This document shows, in pieces, positions 1-5,808 of a DNA stretch of 6,078 nt. The number at the start of each line of letters is the position of its first letter. Position 1 is the stretch's first letter. Below the pieces are notes generated by a model. It was not told the origin of the DNA, did no database searches, and saw nothing but the letters and a program-made list of their open reading frames with translations. Location: the IMG/VR virus record IMGVR_UViG_3300045988_049949; one strand, given 5' to 3'. The DNA comes from a virus. The position numbers and the translations under genes are program-made.

Positions 1-89
1 AATAAAAACACGAAAGTATTGTGTAATTCAAATTAAGTTCTTATATTTGCAATATGAAAAAGAAACAAATTACAAACTAAAAAAAAAAG
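1..89. repeat. Terminal direct repeat, copy 1: circular-genome assembly overlap, identical to 5990-6078
   Basis: Base-by-base comparison shows 1-89 (aataaaaacacgaaag...ctaaaaaaaaaag) equals 5990-6078 with no mismatch. The offset is 5989 nt, which is the unit genome length. Confidence 0.95.
18..49 (+). promoter_or_regulatory. Candidate Bacteroidetes-type (sigma-AB) promoter: -33-like ATTG (18-21) and -7 box TATATTTG (42-49)
   Basis: TATATTTG at 42-49 is an exact match to the Bacteroides -7 consensus TAnnTTTG. ATTG at 18-21 matches 3 of 4 positions of the -33 TTTG element, with 20 nt between the two elements. It lies in the main intergenic region upstream of the first gene (94). The only other exact TAnnTTTG I spotted is inside VP2, near 3874-3881. 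Confidence 0.5.
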
Positions 90-93
90 AACT

Positions 94-273
94 ATGAAAC
101 AGTACATGATTACTTTTCAAAACAAAAAAGGGGAAAGAGTATACCTATTCGCACATGAAAAAACATTTGCAGACGCATATAGGAGCGCAATAGAATACCA
201 AATAATACAAAAAGATTTGGAAATTATAACAATACGAAGATGTATACAACGTGAAAAAAGAAAACAATACTAA
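94..273 (+). CDS. Hypothetical small protein, 59 aa, absent from the supplied ORF track
   Basis: Hand translation from ATG 94 to TAA 271-273 gives MKQYMITFQNKKGERVYLFAHEKTFADAYRSAIEYQIIQKDLEIITIRRCIQREKRKQY. It is the first ATG after an in-frame TGA at 55-57. It fills the gap between the promoter and the next ORF (293), is on the same strand as all other genes, and has a non-repetitive composition. Confidence 0.5.
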   Translation: MKQYMITFQNKKGERVYLFAHEKTFADAYRSAIEYQIIQKDLEIITIRRCIQREKRKQY

Positions 274-292
274 CAATTAAAATTCAAAAAAC

Positions 293-487
293 ATGAAAAG
301 GTTATTTAAATGGATCATTACAATCAAGTTAGAAATCGGTACAGAAATCACAACAGTAGTGACAGCCGACTCAATCGGAAAAGCGTGTAACTCAATGAAA
401 TACACAGCTGAGAGATTAAATGGTGAAATAACAAAAATTGAAAGAGATGAACCGATTGAAGATCAAGAACATAGTAGTGATCAATAA
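293..487 (+). CDS. Hypothetical small protein, 64 aa, with an acidic C-terminus
   Basis: ORF-track entry on the same strand, starting 20 nt after the stop of 94-273. It has an A-rich leader without a Shine-Dalgarno site, like most genes here. I recognise no family. Confidence 0.5.
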   Translation: MKRLFKWIITIKLEIGTEITTVVTADSIGKACNSMKYTAERLNGEITKIERDEPIEDQEHSSDQ

Positions 488-749
488 TGAAAAATTTTTA
501 TACACACTGTATAAATATAACAACAGAATATTTGAACTACAAATTGTTTCACGTGAAACAAATTACAAAAGACATCTTAAAAACAAAAAAGCAGCAGTTG
601 CATTTTTAACAGAAATAGATACAAAAAACTATTTAAAATTTAGAAAGGAGGTAGAAAATATAAGTTGGGAAATGATAGATAGTTTATTTAACGAAAAAAT
701 AAAAGAAGTTGAATATAACAACGGAAAACAGTTAACACTATGGAAATAA
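438..749 (+). CDS. Hypothetical protein, up to 103 aa, start uncertain
   Basis: ORF-track entry. ATG 438 would overlap the previous ORF by 50 nt. An in-frame GTG at 477 would cut the overlap to 11 nt. The sequence is non-repetitive (NNEKFLYTLYKYNNRIFELQIVSRETNYKRHLKNKKAAVAFLTEI...). Its TAA at 747-749 overlaps the next start (ATGGAAATAA). Confidence 0.55.
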   Translation: MKEMNRLKIKNIVVINNEKFLYTLYKYNNRIFELQIVSRETNYKRHLKNKKAAVAFLTEIDTKNYLKFRKEVENISWEMIDSLFNEKIKEVEYNNGKQLTLWK

Positions 750-940
750 AAAAAGAAACATGGATAAAAATAATCAAATGGCTAATAGCTGTACTTACAG
801 CTACTTTAACATATTTAGGTGTAACTTCCTGTACGATGTCTATGACTATATCTAAAAATAATTCAGGAAGTACAGGTACAAAAATAGAATCAACAAATCG
901 TGCAGATAGCACAAGTATTAACTTAAATAATTACAAATAA
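740..940 (+). CDS. Predicted small lipoprotein or membrane protein, 66 aa
   Basis: The N-terminus has a basic n-region (MEIKKETWIKIIK), a hydrophobic h-region (WLIAVLTATLTYLG) and VTSC, which fits the lipobox pattern [LVI][ASTVI][GAS]C. The Cys is residue 31 (TGT 830-832). The mature part is about 35 aa and rich in S/T/N. The start overlaps the upstream stop by 10 nt. Confidence 0.6.
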   Translation: MEIKKETWIKIIKWLIAVLTATLTYLGVTSCTMSMTISKNNSGSTGTKIESTNRADSTSINLNNYK

Positions 941-941
941 A

Positions 942-1175
942 ATGGAATACAATTTTAAAGACGCTTTCATAGTAAGAGCAACGAATGAAGAAAATAACGA
1001 TTTCATAATCACTCTTGGGGACAAGATAGCAACACCATATCACTTCCCAAGTCGGAAAGAAGCGGAAAAAGCGGTAATGAAAAAAGATTGGAACCTAATT
1101 GCAACATTAGCAATATCAATCGCGGAAAATACAATCAAAAATTACATAAGCAAAAATAAGGAGGTAGAAAAATGA
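942..1175 (+). CDS. Hypothetical protein, 77 aa
   Basis: ORF-track entry. ATG 942 comes 1 nt after the previous TAA (938-940). Its TGA (1173-1175) overlaps the VP1 ATG (1172-1174) as ATGA, which suggests translational coupling. I recognise no family. Confidence 0.55.
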   Translation: MEYNFKDAFIVRATNEENNDFIITLGDKIATPYHFPSRKEAEKAVMKKDWNLIATLAISIAENTIKNYISKNKEVEK

Positions 1176-3157
1176 TTACGAAAACAATCGGTAAAAACAC
1201 ACTCGGAGATAACGGGAAAATGAAAGTCCATATGCGGACTTACAACCGTAGTACACACAATTTATCATATATCTGGAGAAATACACAAGCAGTAGGGACA
1301 CTTGTACCATTTATGAGTATTCCTATGATGAAGGGAGATACGTTCAAAATCAAGCTACAGCCAAATGTGTTAACACATCCAACAGTTGGGCCACTATTTG
1401 GCAGTTTCAAGCAACAAAATGATATCTTCTTCTGTCCGATCAGGCTATACAATAGCTGGCTGCACAATAACAAGCTAAAAATCGGGCTCAACATGCAACA
1501 AATAAAATTACCGCAAATCGTACTAAGCGCGGAAACACCAATGAACGACCAAACGCACGAACCTAACGCACTAAACCCAAGCAGCTTACTATACTATTTA
1601 GGAATCAGGGCGATAGGACAAAATACAAAAGTAGAAGATCCAGACGCACGAAGAACATTCAATGCAGTACCATTCTTAGGATATTACGACATATTCAAAA
1701 ATTACTATGCAAACAAGCAAGAAGAAAAATTTGTAACAATAGCACACACAAATATTATTACAAAAATCATAATAAAAGAGGGTTCAGTATCAACAACGAT
1801 AACAAACCCGATGAGAATAAACGCAAGAGTACCGACCAACAACTCAACAGTTGAAATATTCGGAACACTCGATAGGGATAAAGTCGAAAACATTACCGTA
1901 AAATACTACTCAAACTACAACAAAGACAATCACATAGAACCGACAGAAATAACAACAAGACTTGCCGATATTTTCACAATAAAATCATGGACACCGGCAA
2001 ACAATTCCGTTACAGTAGCACCCAAACCAGACGCAAAAATAAACGGTTCGAACGCGATGCTCTGGAGCATGGAATACAAAGAGGGGAAAATGGTGTCACA
2101 TGATTTAGAAGATCTGGACGAAATAAGAGAAAAAATACTTGCAAAAGCAGGTAACCTAATATTCAACATCAAAGGTGAAAGGTCAGAGCCTCCGTTCTTT
2201 CAATACCTAATGACAGGAAGTCTAACAGATCCGGCAACCGGTACTGATACCATCGGCACACAATGGAAATATAACGACGAATGGGGACTCGTAACAAAAA
2301 CATACCAATCTGACTTATGTCAAAATTGGATTAACACGGAATGGATAGACGGAGAAAACGGGATAAACCAAATAAGCGCTGTTGCGGTTACGGATGGGCA
2401 ATTTACAATAGATTCGCTAAACTTAGCGCAAAAAGTATACAATATGCTAAACCGCATCGCAGTTTCGGATGGGTCGTACCGATCATGGTTAGAAACCGTA
2501 TATACTGGAGGATATACCGAACGGACAGAAACACCTATATATTGCGGAGGGTCAAGTGCGGAAATCGTATTTCAAGAGGTTATAAGCACAGCGGCAGCAG
2601 ACCAAGAGCCGTTAGGATCACTTGCCGGACGTGGTTTAGATACAAACCACAAAGGCGGCTATGTTGAAGTAAGAGCGACAGAGCCAGGCTACCTAATCGG
2701 AATCACTTCCTTAACACCAAGACTTGACTACACACAAGGGAATCAATGGGATGTCAATCTAAAAAGTATTGACGACATGCACAAACCAGCATTAGACGGA
2801 ATAGGATTCCAAGATCTAAGCGCGGAACTATTACTCGCAGATACAACAACATACGATGGAGAAGAATTCCAACAAAAATTCATCGGAAAACAGCCGGCAT
2901 GGATCAACTATATGACAAATATCAACAAGGCATACGGAAATTTCACAACAAACGAGAACTTCATGATTTTGTCAAGACAATATGAATATGACGAAAAAAC
3001 AAATGGAATAAAAGATTTAACAACATACATTGACCCAACTCTATACAACGGAATATTCGCAGACCAAAGCTTCAATGCGCAAAACTTTTGGGTACAAATT
3101 GGTGTCGAAATCGAAGCGAGACGAGTAATGAGTGCAAAAATAATTCCTAACTTATAA
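1172..3157 (+). CDS. VP1: Microviridae major capsid protein (F/VP1 family), 661 aa
   Basis: It is the largest ORF. The N-terminal pattern THNLSY..AVGTLVPFMSIPMMKGDTF...NDIFFCPIRLY parallels the phiX174 F-protein N-terminus (HDLSH..G.IGRL...PVIAGDSF...VDIFTFYVPHR, recalled from memory). A perfect Shine-Dalgarno site AAGGAGGT lies at 1158-1165, with 7 nt between GGAGG and the ATG. The gene context (VP2 and VP4 downstream) is typical. Confidence 0.92.
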   Translation: MITKTIGKNTLGDNGKMKVHMRTYNRSTHNLSYIWRNTQAVGTLVPFMSIPMMKGDTFKIKLQPNVLTHPTVGPLFGSFKQQNDIFFCPIRLYNSWLHNNKLKIGLNMQQIKLPQIVLSAETPMNDQTHEPNALNPSSLLYYLGIRAIGQNTKVEDPDARRTFNAVPFLGYYDIFKNYYANKQEEKFVTIAHTNIITKIIIKEGSVSTTITNPMRINARVPTNNSTVEIFGTLDRDKVENITVKYYSNYNKDNHIEPTEITTRLADIFTIKSWTPANNSVTVAPKPDAKINGSNAMLWSMEYKEGKMVSHDLEDLDEIREKILAKAGNLIFNIKGERSEPPFFQYLMTGSLTDPATGTDTIGTQWKYNDEWGLVTKTYQSDLCQNWINTEWIDGENGINQISAVAVTDGQFTIDSLNLAQKVYNMLNRIAVSDGSYRSWLETVYTGGYTERTETPIYCGGSSAEIVFQEVISTAAADQEPLGSLAGRGLDTNHKGGYVEVRATEPGYLIGITSLTPRLDYTQGNQWDVNLKSIDDMHKPALDGIGFQDLSAELLLADTTTYDGEEFQQKFIGKQPAWINYMTNINKAYGNFTTNENFMILSRQYEYDEKTNGIKDLTTYIDPTLYNGIFADQSFNAQNFWVQIGVEIEARRVMSAKIIPNL

Positions 3158-3168
3158 AAACAAAAATT

Positions 3169-3516
3169 ATGAAATATCCAAAACAAAAACAAAAAAGAAA
3201 TCTATCTGAATTCAAATCAGTAGATCTAATCGAAGGTGAAACAATAGAAGATAAATGCAAACGTTTAGTAGAATCAAAAGAACCAATCACAGACGGAGCG
3301 CCAATTCTGTATACAGAAAGAAAAGATGGAGTACTTCCGGCTTACGATATCAGAACCGACCGCTGGGCGATCGCACAAGAAGCGATGGACAAAAACAGAA
3401 AAGCGATAGATGCAAAACGAAAAGCAGACTACGATCTGATGTTAAATGGGAAAGAAAATGACGTAAAGGCAGATAAAAACGCAGAAGCGGGGACAGATGG
3501 CGGGTCTGCCGCATAG
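3169..3516 (+). CDS. Hypothetical highly charged protein, 115 aa; possible scaffolding or internal protein judged only from position
   Basis: ORF-track entry. ATG 3169 is 11 nt after the VP1 stop, and the ORF ends at TAG 3514-3516. It is rich in K/E/D with a well-defined central segment (TDGAPILYTERKDGVLPAYDIRTDRWAIAQEAMD). The functional call is an inference from its position between the capsid genes, not from recognised homology. Confidence 0.6.
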   Translation: MKYPKQKQKRNLSEFKSVDLIEGETIEDKCKRLVESKEPITDGAPILYTERKDGVLPAYDIRTDRWAIAQEAMDKNRKAIDAKRKADYDLMLNGKENDVKADKNAEAGTDGGSAA

Positions 3517-3525
3517 CCACGTGAC

Positions 3526-3560
3526 GAAAGAGTAGAGATAGTAAAATATCTCTACCTTTC
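3526..3560 (+). other. Long imperfect stem-loop in the 129-nt ORF3169-VP2 intergenic region
   Basis: GTAGAGATA (3532-3540) pairs with TATCTCTAC (3547-3555) around the loop GTAAAA. The stem extends by GAAAG (3526-3530) pairing with CTTTC (3556-3560) if A3531 is bulged, giving 14 bp in total. It starts 10 nt after the stop codon. No clear T-tract follows it. Confidence 0.6.
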
Positions 3561-3645
3561 TCGATTAGTACGCACGTAGCATTCTTTATGAACTAAATAT
3601 GTAAGAAGCTTTAGAAAAGCACGAAAATTTAAATTTACAAAAGAT

Positions 3646-4770
3646 ATGGCAGATTTTTTCAGCAACGGATACGGGAATGGACTCATAGGAGGTGCACTCG
3701 GAATGATCGGAGGGTCAATTCAATACAGACGCCAAAAAAAGCTAATGGCACAGCAATACGAATATGCCTTAGGAATGGCGCAACAAAATCAAGAATACGC
3801 TAAAGAAATGGCAGGTATCAATCAAGGATACGCTAAAGAAATGGCAGGAATTAATCAACAACATAACAAAGATATGTTTGATTATACTGGATATCAAGCA
3901 CAAGTAGCGCAAATGAAAGCGGCAGGACTTAATCCTGCCCTGATGTACGGAAGCGCAGGTGCAGGAGGAAGCACACAAGGAGGTGCAGGAATGGCAGGAA
4001 GTGCAAGTGCAGGAAGCGGATCAATGGGAGGCGCGCCAAGTGCACCAGATACCGGACTGACCAGCGGTATAGGAATGGGAATGCAATTAGGATTAATGGA
4101 AGCGCAAAAACGAAACCTTGAAGCAGATGCAGCAAAAAAGGAAGCAGACGCAAAGAAAACGGCAGGTGCAGACACAGAATACACAAGAATGCTAACCGAA
4201 CTGGCGAAAACAGAAATAGACTACAAGGCAATGAGCACAGAAGAGGTTGCAGCGAAAGTAAAGATGTGGGGTGACAAGTCGCAACTGCTGATGGCAGAAG
4301 CAAGGAAAGCGGCATCAGAGGCTGACTATAACGAAAGAACGATGGATGATAGAGTGGCAAAGGCAGGATACGAAACAGTGAACAGCATGCTCGAAAACAT
4401 ACAAAAGATGCGGAATATCGAATTCACGGAAGCACAGACAAGAGCAATCTCGGAAAATATAGCGATAGCATGGTATAACGCAGGGACAAACAGAATGAAC
4501 GCAACAACGGCAGCAGACCATGTCGCGAACGAACTCATGAAGATAACAGGAGACCTCGATATACGGGAAAGAACCTTGCTGAAGGACTGGATATACCAAG
4601 GAGTGCACGCAGGGGTGGCACTATTGGAAGGAATTACAGATGTCGTAAAAATAAAGGCCCTTATCAAGGCAGCATCAAAAGGCATCAAGGAAGTAATAAC
4701 AAGATCAGGGAAAAAAGACAAAGACGGAAACTGGACAGAAGATACAATTCGTGAACTATTTAAAGATTAA
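3646..4770 (+). CDS. VP2: Microviridae DNA pilot / minor capsid protein (H/VP2 family), 374 aa
   Basis: The N-terminus has a glycine-zipper hydrophobic segment (GLIGGALGMIGGS). This is followed by Q/A-rich periodic repeats, an AAGLNPALMYG motif that I recall as conserved in gokushovirus/alpavirus VP2, a G/A/S low-complexity linker, and a long K/E/A-rich helical region. It lies directly upstream of VP4, 4 nt from the VP4 start. Confidence 0.85.
   Translation: MADFFSNGYGNGLIGGALGMIGGSIQYRRQKKLMAQQYEYALGMAQQNQEYAKEMAGINQGYAKEMAGINQQHNKDMFDYTGYQAQVAQMKAAGLNPALMYGSAGAGGSTQGGAGMAGSASAGSGSMGGAPSAPDTGLTSGIGMGMQLGLMEAQKRNLEADAAKKEADAKKTAGADTEYTRMLTELAKTEIDYKAMSTEEVAAKVKMWGDKSQLLMAEARKAASEADYNERTMDDRVAKAGYETVNSMLENIQKMRNIEFTEAQTRAISENIAIAWYNAGTNRMNATTAADHVANELMKITGDLDIRERTLLKDWIYQGVHAGVALLEGITDVVKIKALIKAASKGIKEVITRSGKKDKDGNWTEDTIRELFKD
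3793..3858 (+). repeat. In-frame 33-nt tandem duplication inside VP2 (EYAKEMAGINQ / GYAKEMAGINQ)
   Basis: Copy 1 is 3793-3825 (gaatacgctaaagaaatggcaggtatcaatcaa). Copy 2 is 3826-3858 (ggatacgctaaagaaatggcaggaattaatcaa). They share 30 of 33 nt. The flanking LGMAQQNQ and QHNKDMFDY look like degenerate further 11-aa units. Confidence 0.9.
4120..4161 (+). repeat. In-frame 21-nt tandem repeat inside VP2 (EADAAKK / EADAKKT)
   Basis: The copies are 4120-4140 (gaagcagatgcagcaaaaaag) and 4141-4161 (gaagcagacgcaaagaaaacg). They share 16 of 21 nt and have a heptad-length period. Confidence 0.7.
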
Positions 4771-4774
4771 AATT

Positions 4775-5704
4775 ATGTGTTTATATCCAAAATTGATCAA
4801 AAATAAGAAATATACAAAAAACAAAAAGAACGGTGGGGCAATTCCTGCCGTTTCTGATAATAGAGTATTATGGGTAACAGCAGCATGCGGAAAATGCTTT
4901 GAATGTAGAAAACAAAGAGCAAGAGCGTGGCAAGTCAGAATGTCCGAAGAACTAAGGGAAAATCCAAACGCGATATTCGTAACGCTGACCATCTCAGACG
5001 AATCATTCGAATATATAATGGACAAATATCAGATAGAAACCAACGAGGAATGTTGTAAAAAAATGGTAAGGTTATTCCTCGAAAGAATAAGAAAAGAAAC
5101 GAAGAAAAGTATAAAACATTGGTTTATCACAGAAATGGGACACCAAAATACAGAAAGATATCATCTACATGGAATAATGTGGGGAATAGGAATAGACGAA
5201 ATAATAAAAAGAAATTGGAAATACGGATTTGTATTCATAGGATCATTCGTAAACGAACAAACGATCAACTACGTAGTAAAATACATGCTAAAAAAAGACA
5301 AAGATCACAAAGAATATAATCCAATAGTATTATGCAGTGCAGGAATAGGGGCAGGGTATCTAAACAGAAAAGATTCAGAACTAAATAAATTCAAAGGGAC
5401 GAACACAAACGAAACATACAGGCTAAGAAATGGAACAAAACTAAACTTACCAATATACTACCGAAACAAAATATACACAGATGATGAAAGAGAAAAGCTA
5501 TTTATACAGAAAATCGACAAGGGCGATGTATGGATATGCGGGGAAAAGGTAAAAATAGACGACCAAGAAGCCTATAAAGAATTACTCGAATATCACCAAA
5601 GGGAAAAACAAAGACTACACGGAGATAATCCACAAGAATGGGAAGTAACCAAATACCTACGCAGACTCAACAAACAACGCCAAGCACGCAAGCGCACCAA
5701 GTAA
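4775..5704 (+). CDS. VP4: Microviridae replication initiator (HUH rolling-circle endonuclease, A/VP4 family), 309 aa from ATG 4775
   Basis: RCR motif 1 is FVTLT (4976-4990). Motif 2 (HUH) is YHLHG, with His codons at 5162-5164 and 5168-5170. Motif 3 is YVVKYMLK, with Tyr codons at 5270-5272 and 5282-5284; compare phiX174 A protein YVAKYVNK. The Cys cluster CGKCFEC starts at 4886. The N-terminus MCLYP is typical of VP4 proteins. ATG 4775 sits 4 nt after the VP2 stop. The track's GTG 4751 start would overlap VP2 and add only MNYLKIKI. Confidence 0.92.
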   Translation: MCLYPKLIKNKKYTKNKKNGGAIPAVSDNRVLWVTAACGKCFECRKQRARAWQVRMSEELRENPNAIFVTLTISDESFEYIMDKYQIETNEECCKKMVRLFLERIRKETKKSIKHWFITEMGHQNTERYHLHGIMWGIGIDEIIKRNWKYGFVFIGSFVNEQTINYVVKYMLKKDKDHKEYNPIVLCSAGIGAGYLNRKDSELNKFKGTNTNETYRLRNGTKLNLPIYYRNKIYTDDEREKLFIQKIDKGDVWICGEKVKIDDQEAYKELLEYHQREKQRLHGDNPQEWEVTKYLRRLNKQRQARKRTK

Positions 5705-5706
5705 CC

Positions 5707-5741
5707 GAGGTCTCGGAGTTCTCGAGGTTCTCGAGGTTCTC
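5707..5741 (+). repeat. Iteron-like array of about four 9-nt units (GAGGTCTC, GGAGTTCTC, GAGGTTCTC, GAGGTTCTC) starting 3 nt after the VP4 stop
   Basis: Two perfect GAGGTTCTC units lie at 5724-5732 and 5733-5741, preceded by two degenerate units at 5707-5714 and 5715-5723. The unit junctions create CTCGAG palindromes at 5721-5726 and 5730-5735. A near-palindrome CCGAGGTCTCGG lies at 5705-5716. Confidence 0.8.
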
Positions 5742-5808
5742 ACCAACTCTTGGAAACGTATCGCTCTGCGCGATACTTTTACATCTCTATCCGCCTTTGG
5801 CGGCCGAC

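Noticed and set aside
54-88. The 8-codon mini-ORF ATG 54 to TAA 78-80, and the A10 homopolymer at 79-88 in the leader
   Set aside because: The mini-ORF is too short to support as a gene, and it would start at or before the predicted transcription start. The A-run lies in non-coding leader, so slippage would have no coding consequence. It may simply reflect the A-rich, unstructured leaders seen throughout.
645-658. Internal copy of AAGGAGGTAGAAAA as a ribosome-binding site for an internal start in ORF 438-749
   Set aside because: The nearest downstream in-frame ATG (672) is 20 nt from GGAGG, too far for SD-directed initiation. Both copies encode KEVE in frame, so this is probably coincidence or a small duplication.
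3255-3461. The basic alternative-frame ORF 3255-3461 inside ORF 3169-3516, and the similar 5119-5319 inside VP4
   Set aside because: Both are short, and their K/R/N richness is what a frame shift of A-rich coding sequence produces. There is no start context. They are weaker than the 2341-2667 case, which I kept only as a low-interest finding.
4751-4774. GTG 4751 as the VP4 start, as given in the ORF track
   Set aside because: It would overlap the VP2 end by 20 nt and add only MNYLKIKI. ATG 4775 follows the VP2 stop by 4 nt and gives the MCLYP N-terminus typical of VP4-family proteins.
688-5025. All minus-strand ORFs, for example 688-912, 1240-1494, 1705-1893, 1930-2172, 2908-3192, 3769-3978, 3894-4184, 3929-4360, 4315-4608, 4326-4721 and 4756-5025
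   Set aside because: They lie antisense to well-supported + strand genes. Their products are L/F/S/C/I-rich, as expected from reading an A-rich coding strand backwards. Microviridae transcribe only one strand.
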